A DNA stretch of 64,000 bases. It comes from Candidatus Omnitrophota bacterium. GTDB lineage: Bacteria > Omnitrophota > Gorgyraeia > Gygaellales > Profunditerraquicolaceae. Below, in pieces: positions 10,020 to 19,622 of this stretch. The notes beneath the pieces are model-generated. The model had not been told where the DNA came from, did no database searches, and worked only from the letters and a program-made list of their open reading frames with translations. Each line of letters begins with the position of its first letter. Positions within the stretch are counted from its first letter, which is position 1. The stretch covers positions 4,864-68,863 of the forward strand of contig JBDRLN010000076.1 in the NCBI GenBank assembly GCA_043812955.1. Reading direction: 5' to 3'. The translations under genes and the position numbers were made by a program.

Positions 10020-11464
10020 TTTTCTTCCTGGGGCCGCAGCAGCGGGAATAAAATAACATCTCTAATTGCCGGCGAGTCAGTTAAAAGCATAACCAACCTG
10101 TCTATGCCAATACCCAAACCTCCGGCAGGAGGCATTCCGTGTTCCAAGGCTAAGCAATAATCCTCATCTACGCTTTTCTTATCATTGCCAACGGTTTCTT
10201 TGATCTCTTCTTCAAAACGGGCTTTTTGCTCTATAGGATCATTTAACTCTGAATAGGCATTGCCGATCTCCATCCCGGCAACATAAACTTCGAACCTCTC
10301 CGAGATCAAAGGATTATCAGTCCTGGCCTTAGCTAAAGGGCAGAGTGAAGTAAAATAATCAGTAATAAATATCGGCGCTTGGCTTACATCATGCTCCAAG
10401 GCATCCTCGATAACCTTATTAATCTGGGAACGAGAGAGCTTAGTGTTATCCCGGGCAAATCCTTTATCCCTCAATTTCTTAAGCATTACCTCGGCAGCGT
10501 CTGAAGGCTTAATATCAAATTTCTCATTAACTAAACCGGCAAAAGAAACCCTCTTCCAGGGCGGGGTAAGGTCAATTTCTTTACCCTGATAGGTAAAACT
10601 GGTTTTTCCCAAAAGCTCAAGGCATGAGCCAACCATGATATCCTGACAAAGTTGCATCATATCCTCATAATTAGCATAAGCCGCGTAAACTTCAAGCATG
10701 GTAAACTCCGGATTATGCCGGGTAGATACCCCTTCATTACGGAAACTGCGATTTATTTCGTAAACCCTGTCCAAGCCACCGACTAAAAGCCTTTTTAAAT
10801 ATAATTCCGGAGCAATCCTTAAATAAAGCTGCATATCATATTCATTATGCTTAGTCTTAAAAGGCCTGCCGGCAGCTCCTCCGGGTATATAATGCATCAT
10901 CGGGGTCTCAACTTCTAAAAAACCCTTTTTATCCAGGATATCCCGGATAGATTTAAGTACCTGGGAACGCTGCAAAAATACTTCTTTTACCTCTTCATTA
11001 GAGAGTAAATCCAGGTAGCGCTGGCGGTAGCGTATATCCACATCCTTTAAGCCGTGCCATTTTTCAGGTAAAGGCCTAAGCGCTTTAGCTAAAATCGTAA
11101 ATTCTTCTACCTTAAGAGTAAACTCTCCGGTGTGGGTTTTGAAAAGTTCACCCTTAGCCGCGAGGATATCGGCAATATCCAAATTATCCAACAAAGCAAA
11201 TTTATCCTTACCGATAAAATCCGCCTTAATATAAAGCTGGATCTTGGCGGTAGTATCCCTTAAATCCATAAATATCACCTTGCCATGCAGCCGTTTAGCC
11301 ATGATCCTACCGCAGAGTGAGGCTTTTTTACCCTCAGCAAAATCCTTAAGCGCCGCAGCAATATGCGTATGCTCAGGCACATTACTAGGGTACAAAGGTA
11401 TGCCCTGGGCCTTAAGAGACTCTGATTTCTGCCTGCGTTGGGCTATAATATCATCTAGTTCCAT
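10016..11464 (-). CDS. lysS: Lysine--tRNA ligase (class II)
   Basis: 482 aa with an OB-fold N-terminal domain and class II motifs ('FRNEG', 'GGLGIGIDRLVMLL'). Confidence 0.85.
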   Translation of the reverse strand: MELDDIIAQRRQKSESLKAQGIPLYPSNVPEHTHIAAALKDFAEGKKASLCGRIMAKRLHGKVIFMDLRDTTAKIQLYIKADFIGKDKFALLDNLDIADILAAKGELFKTHTGEFTLKVEEFTILAKALRPLPEKWHGLKDVDIRYRQRYLDLLSNEEVKEVFLQRSQVLKSIRDILDKKGFLEVETPMMHYIPGGAAGRPFKTKHNEYDMQLYLRIAPELYLKRLLVGGLDRVYEINRSFRNEGVSTRHNPEFTMLEVYAAYANYEDMMQLCQDIMVGSCLELLGKTSFTYQGKEIDLTPPWKRVSFAGLVNEKFDIKPSDAAEVMLKKLRDKGFARDNTKLSRSQINKVIEDALEHDVSQAPIFITDYFTSLCPLAKARTDNPLISERFEVYVAGMEIGNAYSELNDPIEQKARFEEEIKETVGNDKKSVDEDYCLALEHGMPPAGGLGIGIDRLVMLLTDSPAIRDVILFPLLRPQEEK

Positions 11465-11565
11465 AATCGTTTAATTATATAGTATAAACCAGGTTATGTC
11501 AAATTAATTGGCAAAGAGCATAAATTCGCATCTTGATCACCTTGACCTGAAATTACATTGATTTT

Positions 11566-11594
11566 TTGCAATAACTGCATTCTTCTGGTATAAT
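11566..11594 (+). promoter_or_regulatory. Sigma-70-like promoter TTGCAA-17-TATAAT upstream of the polysaccharide locus
   Basis: -35 at 11566-11571, 17-nt spacer, -10 at 11589-11594. The ATG at 11604 is only 10 nt past the -10, so the mRNA may be leaderless. Confidence 0.4.
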
Positions 11595-11603
11595 TTAATA
11601 TAG

Positions 11604-12140
11604 ATGAGTAGAAAAATAGGTAAAAAATTTTTGTTGGTTTGGGCTATAATAACTACCGCATCCTTTAACACTTCTTTAGCGTTCGGTCAAGCGGTTAACT
11701 CAAAACCATCCCTTCCCCAAAAAAGCGGCCTAAAATCAACGATCATCATCTCAACCTTTAAAACATTAGCTAAGGCTGTTGTAGCCAGCGATACAACCAA
11801 TTTTAAAGAAACGCTCAAAAACAAAATATCCGCAATGGATGAAAATAGTTTTTATAGCTATTATCAAGATTTTTTCGAACATCTCCGGGAACGCGATTTT
11901 CTTATTAAAACTTACAACCTTACCAAAAACCTAACCCGGGAAGAAGCTATAAAAATAATAAACTCATTAAACAACCAGAAAATCTTTCAAATCATTGACA
12001 ACCTTCCCAGCCAGACAATATTTGACGAATTAAACCGTTACGCAAAAAAAACTAAGCAGGATTTAAGTAACGACAGCCAGGTCATCATAGTTAGCAACAA
12101 AGTAATAGGCTATCTTAAAAATAAATACCTGGGAAAGTAA
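11604..12140 (+). CDS. Hypothetical secreted protein (signal peptide)
   Basis: 178-aa ORF with a hydrophobic N-terminus. No recognisable motifs. Confidence 0.35.
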   Translation: MSRKIGKKFLLVWAIITTASFNTSLAFGQAVNSKPSLPQKSGLKSTIIISTFKTLAKAVVASDTTNFKETLKNKISAMDENSFYSYYQDFFEHLRERDFLIKTYNLTKNLTREEAIKIINSLNNQKIFQIIDNLPSQTIFDELNRYAKKTKQDLSNDSQVIIVSNKVIGYLKNKYLGK

Positions 12141-12162
12141 ATCCTATATGGAATATTAACAC

Positions 12163-13407
12163 ATGGTAAAGAGATCTATCAGTCGGGTTTTTGTTATTAT
12201 CGCTTCTATCGCGCTCTTGCAGATTGTCGGCACAATCATACTTGCCCGGAATTTCACCAAACCAGAGATGGGATTTTATAGGCTTGTCCTAACTATGATT
12301 GAATATGGCAGCCTCTTGGCTATCGTGGGAATGGACCATTCAATAGTGCGCTTTTTCTCATCAGCCGAATCTCAATTCTCTCAATATAACTGGAAAAAAT
12401 TCTTAGGCTTTTTTCCCTTCTCTCTCATTCTTATTAGTTTCGCTTTTATTTTATTAATGAGCGTAGCCTATAAATTAAACCTTCAAATCAGCATATTAAT
12501 ATTCACCTCGATTATCCTCACCGGCTTCGCGGGGATATTATCTTCTTTTTTGCGGGCACAGAAAAAATATACACTCTCAGCATTTCTGGGACGACTTAAT
12601 TTCCTGATTTTTTTCGCGGCCGTTCTTTTATTGGTGGTTTTAAAAAGTCTCTCTGTAACAAAAACCATCCTGGCTTATCTCATCTCTTTATTAATTGCCT
12701 TAAGCATCCTAAAAACCTATGTTTTTAATAAAATTCCTTCCGGAGTGCATAATCTTCCCTCCTCAATTTTTAGAAATCGCAGCTATTATTTTGGCATGGG
12801 CCTAGCCTTCATCACAATAATACAAGCGGGTAACTTTTTTATCGCCAAAATGCTCTCCTTAAAAGACTTGGGGGTTTACGCTGTATTATTCGGAATTATG
12901 CGGCTCTTTGAATTCACCCAAGATTCTATATATTATGTTTTGGTGCCCGCGCTTAACGCTAAAAAACATATTCCGGCCAAGAATATATTCTTATCCTTAT
13001 TATTAATCGGCATAGTTATCGGTTCCTTCTATCTTGCTTTCGGCGGGATGATCGTACACTGGCTTTTTTCCGGACGCTATGATGAAGGAATACCGCTTAT
13101 CCCGTTTTTTATTATTATCGGCATAATCAAAACACTGCTTATCCTACCGACAAGCATAATCGGAGGAAAAAGTTCTGAACAAACACTACAAAGTCAATGT
13201 TATCTATTTATCTTGACCGCGTTAGTGAATATTGTATTGACCATTGTCTTTATTCGGCAATGGCAGTTAAAAGGCGTGCTGCTGGCAAACCTGGTAAGCT
13301 GGTCGCTATTGTTATTATTCACTACCCTAGGTACAAAAAAGTACTGGGGAAGCCAAACCGCTGAAAACAATCTGCAAAAAGATGCATTTTTTTATGGAAA
13401 AGGTTAA
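12163..13407 (+). CDS. Polysaccharide flippase (MOP/Wzx family)
   Basis: 414 aa with about 12 predicted TM helices, typical of Wzx. Located in a glycan locus. Confidence 0.6.
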   Translation: MVKRSISRVFVIIASIALLQIVGTIILARNFTKPEMGFYRLVLTMIEYGSLLAIVGMDHSIVRFFSSAESQFSQYNWKKFLGFFPFSLILISFAFILLMSVAYKLNLQISILIFTSIILTGFAGILSSFLRAQKKYTLSAFLGRLNFLIFFAAVLLLVVLKSLSVTKTILAYLISLLIALSILKTYVFNKIPSGVHNLPSSIFRNRSYYFGMGLAFITIIQAGNFFIAKMLSLKDLGVYAVLFGIMRLFEFTQDSIYYVLVPALNAKKHIPAKNIFLSLLLIGIVIGSFYLAFGGMIVHWLFSGRYDEGIPLIPFFIIIGIIKTLLILPTSIIGGKSSEQTLQSQCYLFILTALVNIVLTIVFIRQWQLKGVLLANLVSWSLLLLFTTLGTKKYWGSQTAENNLQKDAFFYGKG

Positions 13408-14410
13408 GCTTTCGGTTATTATTCCGGCTAGGAATGAAGAAAATAATATTGACAGGTGTGTAAATTCACTTTCCGGGGCAATCCCCGGAAATTATAGCGC
13501 TGAAATAATCCTGGTCGATTGCTCTTCTTCAGACAACACCATACTAAAAGCCAAAAGTTTTCCCATAAAAATACTGGGAACTAAACCAGACTGGCCGCAA
13601 TCACCAGCTGCCGCCCGTTACCTGGGCACTAAATTTGCAACGGGTGACTTTATTTTTTTTATTGACGCTGATATGAAATTGGAGCGCGGATTCTTAGACA
13701 AGGCTATGCGATTACTGGATGAAAATCAGCTGATAGCCGGGATAAGCGGGATCGGCAAAGAAATATATATACGCGATAACAAGGAGATCGGTTATAAACC
13801 AGATATATACCAGACTGATAAATTTAATAAAAAAGCTACCTTTCTAGGAGGAGCAGCTTTATATAGAAAGAGCTGCCTGGATGAAATAGGCGGATTTAAT
13901 CCTTATTTAAGGGCAGGGGAAGAAAGGGAATTAGCCCAACGGCTACGCAAAAAAGGTTATGACCTGCTCTTGATCCCCTTCCCGATGATCTGCCACTATA
14001 CCGCCTTAGTCGAGGTATGGGATGAATTTCTCCGGCAGAAAAGAACGCGTTTATTCTTAGGCATTGGTGAAGCTATACGCAGCTGCCACTCATTTAAATT
14101 CTTGGCGGAAACCCTGTTTTATTATAAAGAGTTTACCTTATTTTTAATTATCTCATTATATATCTTATTGATCTTAACTTATTCGCTTTTTACAGTTTCC
14201 TTAAAATATATTTATTTTTGCCTGCTGCCTTATTTGATATTATATATATTTCTAGCAGTTAAAAAACAATCTTTTAAAAAACCGGCAGTGGCAATAGTAA
14301 AATGGTTAATTATATCATCCGATATTATGCGCGGCATCAGCCTTAAGCCCAAAGACCCTTCTTCCTATCCAACAGAGGTTACTATTATTCAAGGTGAATT
14401 CAATGTTTAA
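13382..14410 (+). CDS. Family 2 glycosyltransferase with C-terminal TM helices
   Basis: 'LSVIIPARNEENNI' N-terminal GT-A motif, a DxD at 'FIDADMK', and C-terminal membrane helices. Confidence 0.65.
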   Translation: MHFFMEKVKLSVIIPARNEENNIDRCVNSLSGAIPGNYSAEIILVDCSSSDNTILKAKSFPIKILGTKPDWPQSPAAARYLGTKFATGDFIFFIDADMKLERGFLDKAMRLLDENQLIAGISGIGKEIYIRDNKEIGYKPDIYQTDKFNKKATFLGGAALYRKSCLDEIGGFNPYLRAGEERELAQRLRKKGYDLLLIPFPMICHYTALVEVWDEFLRQKRTRLFLGIGEAIRSCHSFKFLAETLFYYKEFTLFLIISLYILLILTYSLFTVSLKYIYFCLLPYLILYIFLAVKKQSFKKPAVAIVKWLIISSDIMRGISLKPKDPSSYPTEVTIIQGEFNV

Positions 14411-15569
14411 AAACCGCGATATTGTCTGCATCTCAACTATAAATTGGGATTTTTTATATCAGCGCCACCAGATACTTATGGAGCTATTTGCCAAATCCGG
14501 AAGCCGCGTCTTTTATCTTGAAAACATAAATCCTTCACCCGTAATCAATTTATCACTGCTACCTAAATTATTGAAACAGGGCAGAAAAATATTTTTTAAG
14601 CCTGCTAAAGCAGGCCTATCTAATATCCGAATAATTTCACCTTTTATCCTGCCGTTAAAAAACAAGGTCGCCGGCTGCATTAACCAGAAAGTTTTTATAA
14701 AATACCTATCGTCTTATTTAACAGGTAAAGGTGTTAAAAATCCCATGATCTGGACATACCTAGCCACTTCTTTAGCTATAGATTTAATCGCTAGACTAAA
14801 ACCTTCGCTTTTAATTTATGATTGTGTATTCGATGCCCCCCTTCATCCTTCCTCGCCAAAGGATATTTTTCAATCTGAAGTAAAATTAATCCGTTTAGCG
14901 GATGCGATTTTTACCGATAACTCCCTGCTCTTGGAAAAATGCGCTAAAATAAACCGGCAGTCTTATCTTATTCCCCCGGGAGTTATATTTGAAGACTTTG
15001 ATCAGGCATCCTTCTTAACAAAAACTAATAGTTTTTTACATATCCCCGGTCCAAGGATATGCTTTTTCGGAGGAATCGATAACCTGCGCCTGGATTTAGA
15101 GCTTATCCGCGGCATCGCGCTGGCTAAGCCTCTCTGGAGCATAATACTTCTCGGTCCGGTAATAAAAACCGATGTCTCTTTGCTTAAGCTAAAAAATGTA
15201 TATTTTAGAAGCGCTGTCGACCACAGCCTGCTGGGGTCATACCTGGCTTCAGTAGATGTTTTAATCCTGCCTTATAAAATAATCCCCTTTTCCAACTCGA
15301 TCTTTCCTGCTAAAATATTTGAGTGCCTGGCAACGGGCAAACCGATAGTTTCAACTCCCTTGCCGCAACTAAGCCTTCTAAGCCGGGGTTTGATAAAGAT
15401 AGCGGAAAATCCGAAAGAATTCATTGATTCTATTACAAGCTGCCTTAATTATGACAGCGATACAGATAAAGAAAAAAGACGCATTGCCGCGCGGGAGAAT
15501 TCATGGCTAAAACGAATTAATGAAATCCGGCGCGTATTAAATGAATTGCCGGATAGAAAGGCCAGGTAG
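14394..15569 (+). CDS. GT-B fold glycosyltransferase (group 1-like)
   Basis: C-terminal 'FECLATGKPIVST' resembles the GT4-type E-x7-E region. Confidence 0.5.
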   Translation: MNSMFKNRDIVCISTINWDFLYQRHQILMELFAKSGSRVFYLENINPSPVINLSLLPKLLKQGRKIFFKPAKAGLSNIRIISPFILPLKNKVAGCINQKVFIKYLSSYLTGKGVKNPMIWTYLATSLAIDLIARLKPSLLIYDCVFDAPLHPSSPKDIFQSEVKLIRLADAIFTDNSLLLEKCAKINRQSYLIPPGVIFEDFDQASFLTKTNSFLHIPGPRICFFGGIDNLRLDLELIRGIALAKPLWSIILLGPVIKTDVSLLKLKNVYFRSAVDHSLLGSYLASVDVLILPYKIIPFSNSIFPAKIFECLATGKPIVSTPLPQLSLLSRGLIKIAENPKEFIDSITSCLNYDSDTDKEKRRIAARENSWLKRINEIRRVLNELPDRKAR

Positions 15570-15575
15570 AAATAG

Positions 15576-16979
15576 ATGAATATTTTCTATATATTTGCGG
15601 TCGGATCTGGAATTGCAATCGCTTTTTTTTCACAAGCAAGAGAGTTCTATTATCTGGCAGTATTATGCGTAATCGCGGGATTATACTTTTCTTTTAAGAA
15701 AAAGGAGATCGGATTAACCGACCTTTTAATTCTTTTTATCACAACCATCCCCTTGCATACTTTCCGTTTCGGTAGCCAGGAGCAGTTCATCCGCCTGAGC
15801 GAAATTGCCTTTATCCCCTTAGCCGCCTGGTGGTTAATAACCCGTTTTTTAAACCGGACCCAGCGGCCGCTTAAAATAAACCTGGAATCGCTTTTTATTC
15901 TGGCCTACATCATAATCAATGTCCTGGCTACAAAAAACTCGATGTTGCCTCTTATAAGTGTTAAACGGATCATTATCCTATCTTACTTATTTCTATTTAC
16001 CATAATAGTATCTGATATTATTAATACTAAAGATAAAACGGCCAAGATCTTAACCGCGATGGCGCTGATATCCGGCATTTCAGCTATAATTGCCATATTG
16101 CAAAGTATAATCCCGCAATTACTTTTTTTTAACCGAGTCCCGATCGGCAGTATTTTTGGCCTAACCTTCTATAGGGCCGGGGTAGGCTGGCATGACCCCA
16201 ATTACTACGCCCTCTATTTAGGGATGAACGCCGCAATGACATTCTGTTACATTTTAGCCACCCCCAAGAATAAACAGCTCTTATTTAAGGCCTGTTTTGT
16301 TTTACAGTTGCTGGGAATTATGGCTACATTTTCCCGCACGGTGATGGGAAGTCTTATCTTAGTTTGCCTTTACCTATTATTTTATTACGGCAAGAGGAAA
16401 TCAGCTTTAGCAATACTAACTTTAATTTTACTAAGCTCCATAATAATAACTACTACTATTCCTATAATATATAAAAAATATCCGCTGCTGGCGTCTATTA
16501 TATACAGAATCCCGGAAAGAGAAAAATTAAAGGAAGATCCAGTGTTAATTATGGGGCATCGTTATGCCGCCTTTAAAGCTAACTGGGCGATGTTTTTGGA
16601 CCACCCTATTTTAGGTGTCGGGCCATTTATGGCCATGTATAATTATGATAAATACCAACCAATCGGCTATAAATACGAGATGACGCAGCTGGCCTCACAC
16701 AACCAATACCTGCAACTTTTATCGGAAAAAGGAATATTCGGTTTTATAATATTCCTCTGGCTGATTCTATTGATTCTAAAAAAGATCTCGGCCGGCTTAA
16801 AACAACCCTTAGGCCCCGATAAAAAAACTTACCTTATGGCGCTTAAATCAGCTATATTTGTTTACCTAATCTCGTCTTTTTCTCTAGAGACCTCATACGA
16901 ATTGCAGTTCTGGCTTACAATAGGCCTAAGCCTGGCAATTCTAAAATTAATAGAAAAAGAGCGGTCTAATGTTTTATAA
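15576..16979 (+). CDS. O-antigen polymerase/ligase family protein (Wzy_C domain)
   Basis: 467-aa polytopic membrane protein with 'SRTVMGS' and 'HNQYLQLLSEKGIFG' motifs characteristic of the Wzy/WaaL family. Confidence 0.6.
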   Translation: MNIFYIFAVGSGIAIAFFSQAREFYYLAVLCVIAGLYFSFKKKEIGLTDLLILFITTIPLHTFRFGSQEQFIRLSEIAFIPLAAWWLITRFLNRTQRPLKINLESLFILAYIIINVLATKNSMLPLISVKRIIILSYLFLFTIIVSDIINTKDKTAKILTAMALISGISAIIAILQSIIPQLLFFNRVPIGSIFGLTFYRAGVGWHDPNYYALYLGMNAAMTFCYILATPKNKQLLFKACFVLQLLGIMATFSRTVMGSLILVCLYLLFYYGKRKSALAILTLILLSSIIITTTIPIIYKKYPLLASIIYRIPEREKLKEDPVLIMGHRYAAFKANWAMFLDHPILGVGPFMAMYNYDKYQPIGYKYEMTQLASHNQYLQLLSEKGIFGFIIFLWLILLILKKISAGLKQPLGPDKKTYLMALKSAIFVYLISSFSLETSYELQFWLTIGLSLAILKLIEKERSNVL

Positions 16980-18138
16980 AACTATATTATTCATTGACCA
17001 ATACCCTGGACTCTCTGGCGGGCAAAAAGTCCTCTTTACTATTATTGCCGACTTTGTCAAAAAAGGTTACCATTGCTTAGCTATACTCCCGGAAAAAGGA
17101 GAGTTATCGCAAAATTTAGCTGAACTTAAAGTAGATTCAATTTTTTTTCCAATAGGCTATTATTCGATTACCCAAAAGACTATCTTTGATTTGTTAAATT
17201 ATGCCGTCAGGCTGCCTATATTGATCTTTTTACTTACCAGGCTGATCATAAAAAAACGTCCAGGCCTAGTCTATGCTAATGGCGCCCGGACTTACTTCTG
17301 GGCTACCTTAGCCTGCTTTTTTACCAAAACCCAGCTGGTCTGGCACCTGCACAGCATATTCAATAAAGGCATGATGAAACAATTATGCATTATTTTTGGC
17401 GGCTTCCCGGTTGTCAACAAAATCATAGCGGTATCGATCGCTGCCGCAGAGCCTTTAGCAAAACTCGGCCCTAAAATTAAGATAATCTACAACGGAGTCA
17501 GCTTAAAACACGATTCGCCAAAAAACAACACTTTTAAGGATGAATTTAATATCCCTGCCGGTTCATTCCTTGTAGGAAATATCGGAATTTTAGAGGATTG
17601 GAAGAATCAAGAAGACCTGATTCAAGCGGCAAATATTATCAAGAATAAAGGAAAAACCAATATTTACTTTTTTATGATCGGAGATTCATTGTATCCAGAG
17701 CCTTCCCGCCAGAAATACAAAAAACACCTGTTAAAATTAACCGGCGAGCTCGGCCTTAAAGAAAAGGTCTTTTTTCTGGGTTTTCGTAGCAACGCCCAGG
17801 AAATTATGAAAGGTTTAGATTTAATGGTTATTTGTTCTAAGGACCCTGACCCCTGCCCGCTGGTAAGCCTGGAGGCTGCCTCTATCGGCTTGCCGATTCT
17901 AGCCGCAGATCTAGGCGGAGTAAAAGAAATGTTTATCCCGGATAACGAAGCCTTATTCTATCCCCCTTTAAAATATCAGATACTCGCAGAAAAGATAATC
18001 GCCGCTTCAGAAAATAATCCAGATCTAAAAGCCATTTCTAAAGCCGCGCTGGATAAAGTACAAAAAGAGTATACCATTGATCAATTTTTAAACAAGATCC
18101 ATTCTTCTTTAAATAGGCTACTAAACAATAATGAATAA
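16969..18138 (+). CDS. GT4 family glycosyltransferase
   Basis: GT-B fold with a C-terminal 'EAASIGLPILAADLGGVKE' motif. Confidence 0.65.
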   Translation: MFYKTILFIDQYPGLSGGQKVLFTIIADFVKKGYHCLAILPEKGELSQNLAELKVDSIFFPIGYYSITQKTIFDLLNYAVRLPILIFLLTRLIIKKRPGLVYANGARTYFWATLACFFTKTQLVWHLHSIFNKGMMKQLCIIFGGFPVVNKIIAVSIAAAEPLAKLGPKIKIIYNGVSLKHDSPKNNTFKDEFNIPAGSFLVGNIGILEDWKNQEDLIQAANIIKNKGKTNIYFFMIGDSLYPEPSRQKYKKHLLKLTGELGLKEKVFFLGFRSNAQEIMKGLDLMVICSKDPDPCPLVSLEAASIGLPILAADLGGVKEMFIPDNEALFYPPLKYQILAEKIIAASENNPDLKAISKAALDKVQKEYTIDQFLNKIHSSLNRLLNNNE

Positions 18139-19621
18139 CCATATTCATAAAATAATGTTAATCGTCCCTGCGGCCACTATTTCTTCAGAATATTCTAAAG
18201 AAATACAGCCCCCACTCGGGCTGGCTTATATTGCAGCCTGCTTAGAAAAAGACTACCAGGTAAAAATCCTGGATGCCGCATGTGAAGGCTGGTATGAAGA
18301 AAGAAAAGAAACCAACGGTTTTTTAACCTACGGCCTTGACTACACGCAGATCAGTAAGCGGATTCAGGATTTTAATCCGGATGTGGTGGGAGTTTCCTGT
18401 TTATTCAGTATGCAGCATAAAAATGCCCACCGGGTTTGTCAGGTCGCCAAAAAAACCAATATAAACATCATTACAATCATGGGCGGCGCCCATCCCAGCG
18501 TATTAGCAGAAGAAACGCTAAAGGATGATTCCGTAGACTTCGTAGTAATCGGAGAGGGCGAACAAAGCACTAAAGAACTATTGGATAGCCTGCGTGATAA
18601 TAAAGATGTCTCCTCTATAGACGGTATTGCTTTTAAGGTAAATAATAAAATATTAATTAACCCCAAAACTAAATTTATCGAAGATCTAGATAGCCTCCCC
18701 TTGCCTGCCAGACACCTCTTACCTATGGATAAATATTTTAAGATCAATCTTCCCCATGGGATATCTTCGCGTTATAGACCAAATACGCCCGTAGTTACAT
18801 CCCGGGGATGCCCGGCAAATTGCATATTCTGTTCTATCCACTCAATATGGGGATATACCTTTCGCGGACGCAGAGCAGAAAATATCATTCAAGAATTAGA
18901 ATTTATTAAAGATACCTACGATATAAAAGAAATCCAGTTTGAAGATGACAACCTTACTTTCGATAAAACCCGGGCTATGCGTTTATTCCAATTAATGGTC
19001 GATAAAAAAATCGGTCTGGCCTGGACAACTCCTAACGGCGTATCCTTATGGAATCTGGATAAAGACCTACTTTCTAAAATGAAAGAGGCGGGCTGCTACC
19101 GCTTATGCCTGGCAATTGAATCCGGCGACCAAAAACTTCTATCGGAAACAATAAAAAAGCCCTTAAGGCTACAGAAGGTACTTGAGCTCATGCGCTGGAT
19201 AAAATACTACGGATTTGAAACTGACGCTTTTTTTGTCGTCGGATTCCCCGACGAGACCAAAGGACAGTTAAAAAATACATTTGAATTTGCCAGTAAATTA
19301 AATACGGATAACACAACATTTTATTTAGCCACCCCCTATCCCGGGACCGAGCTTTTTAAAATTTGCAGCCGGGAAGGATGGCTGGATAAAGATTTCTCTT
19401 TAAGTAACCTAGGAGTAAAAAAAGCCAATATATACACAAAATATTTTTCTAGAAACGAACTTGAGAAGATAGTAGCTTATCAGACTTTAAAGTTAAAAAT
19501 CAGCCTGCTCTGGCGTAACCCGAAAGCCTTTTACCGAAAAGTACTTAAAAGATTTTTTAAAACTCCGGGCCAATTCATTTCACTGGTAAATAAATTAGTC
19601 GAAAAAACATTCTCAAGATAA
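18131..19621 (+). CDS. B12-binding radical SAM protein (class B)
   Basis: N-terminal cobalamin-binding Rossmann-like domain, then radical SAM motif 'CPANCIFC'. Confidence 0.8.
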   Translation: MNNHIHKIMLIVPAATISSEYSKEIQPPLGLAYIAACLEKDYQVKILDAACEGWYEERKETNGFLTYGLDYTQISKRIQDFNPDVVGVSCLFSMQHKNAHRVCQVAKKTNINIITIMGGAHPSVLAEETLKDDSVDFVVIGEGEQSTKELLDSLRDNKDVSSIDGIAFKVNNKILINPKTKFIEDLDSLPLPARHLLPMDKYFKINLPHGISSRYRPNTPVVTSRGCPANCIFCSIHSIWGYTFRGRRAENIIQELEFIKDTYDIKEIQFEDDNLTFDKTRAMRLFQLMVDKKIGLAWTTPNGVSLWNLDKDLLSKMKEAGCYRLCLAIESGDQKLLSETIKKPLRLQKVLELMRWIKYYGFETDAFFVVGFPDETKGQLKNTFEFASKLNTDNTTFYLATPYPGTELFKICSREGWLDKDFSLSNLGVKKANIYTKYFSRNELEKIVAYQTLKLKISLLWRNPKAFYRKVLKRFFKTPGQFISLVNKLVEKTFSR

Positions 19622-19622
19622 A

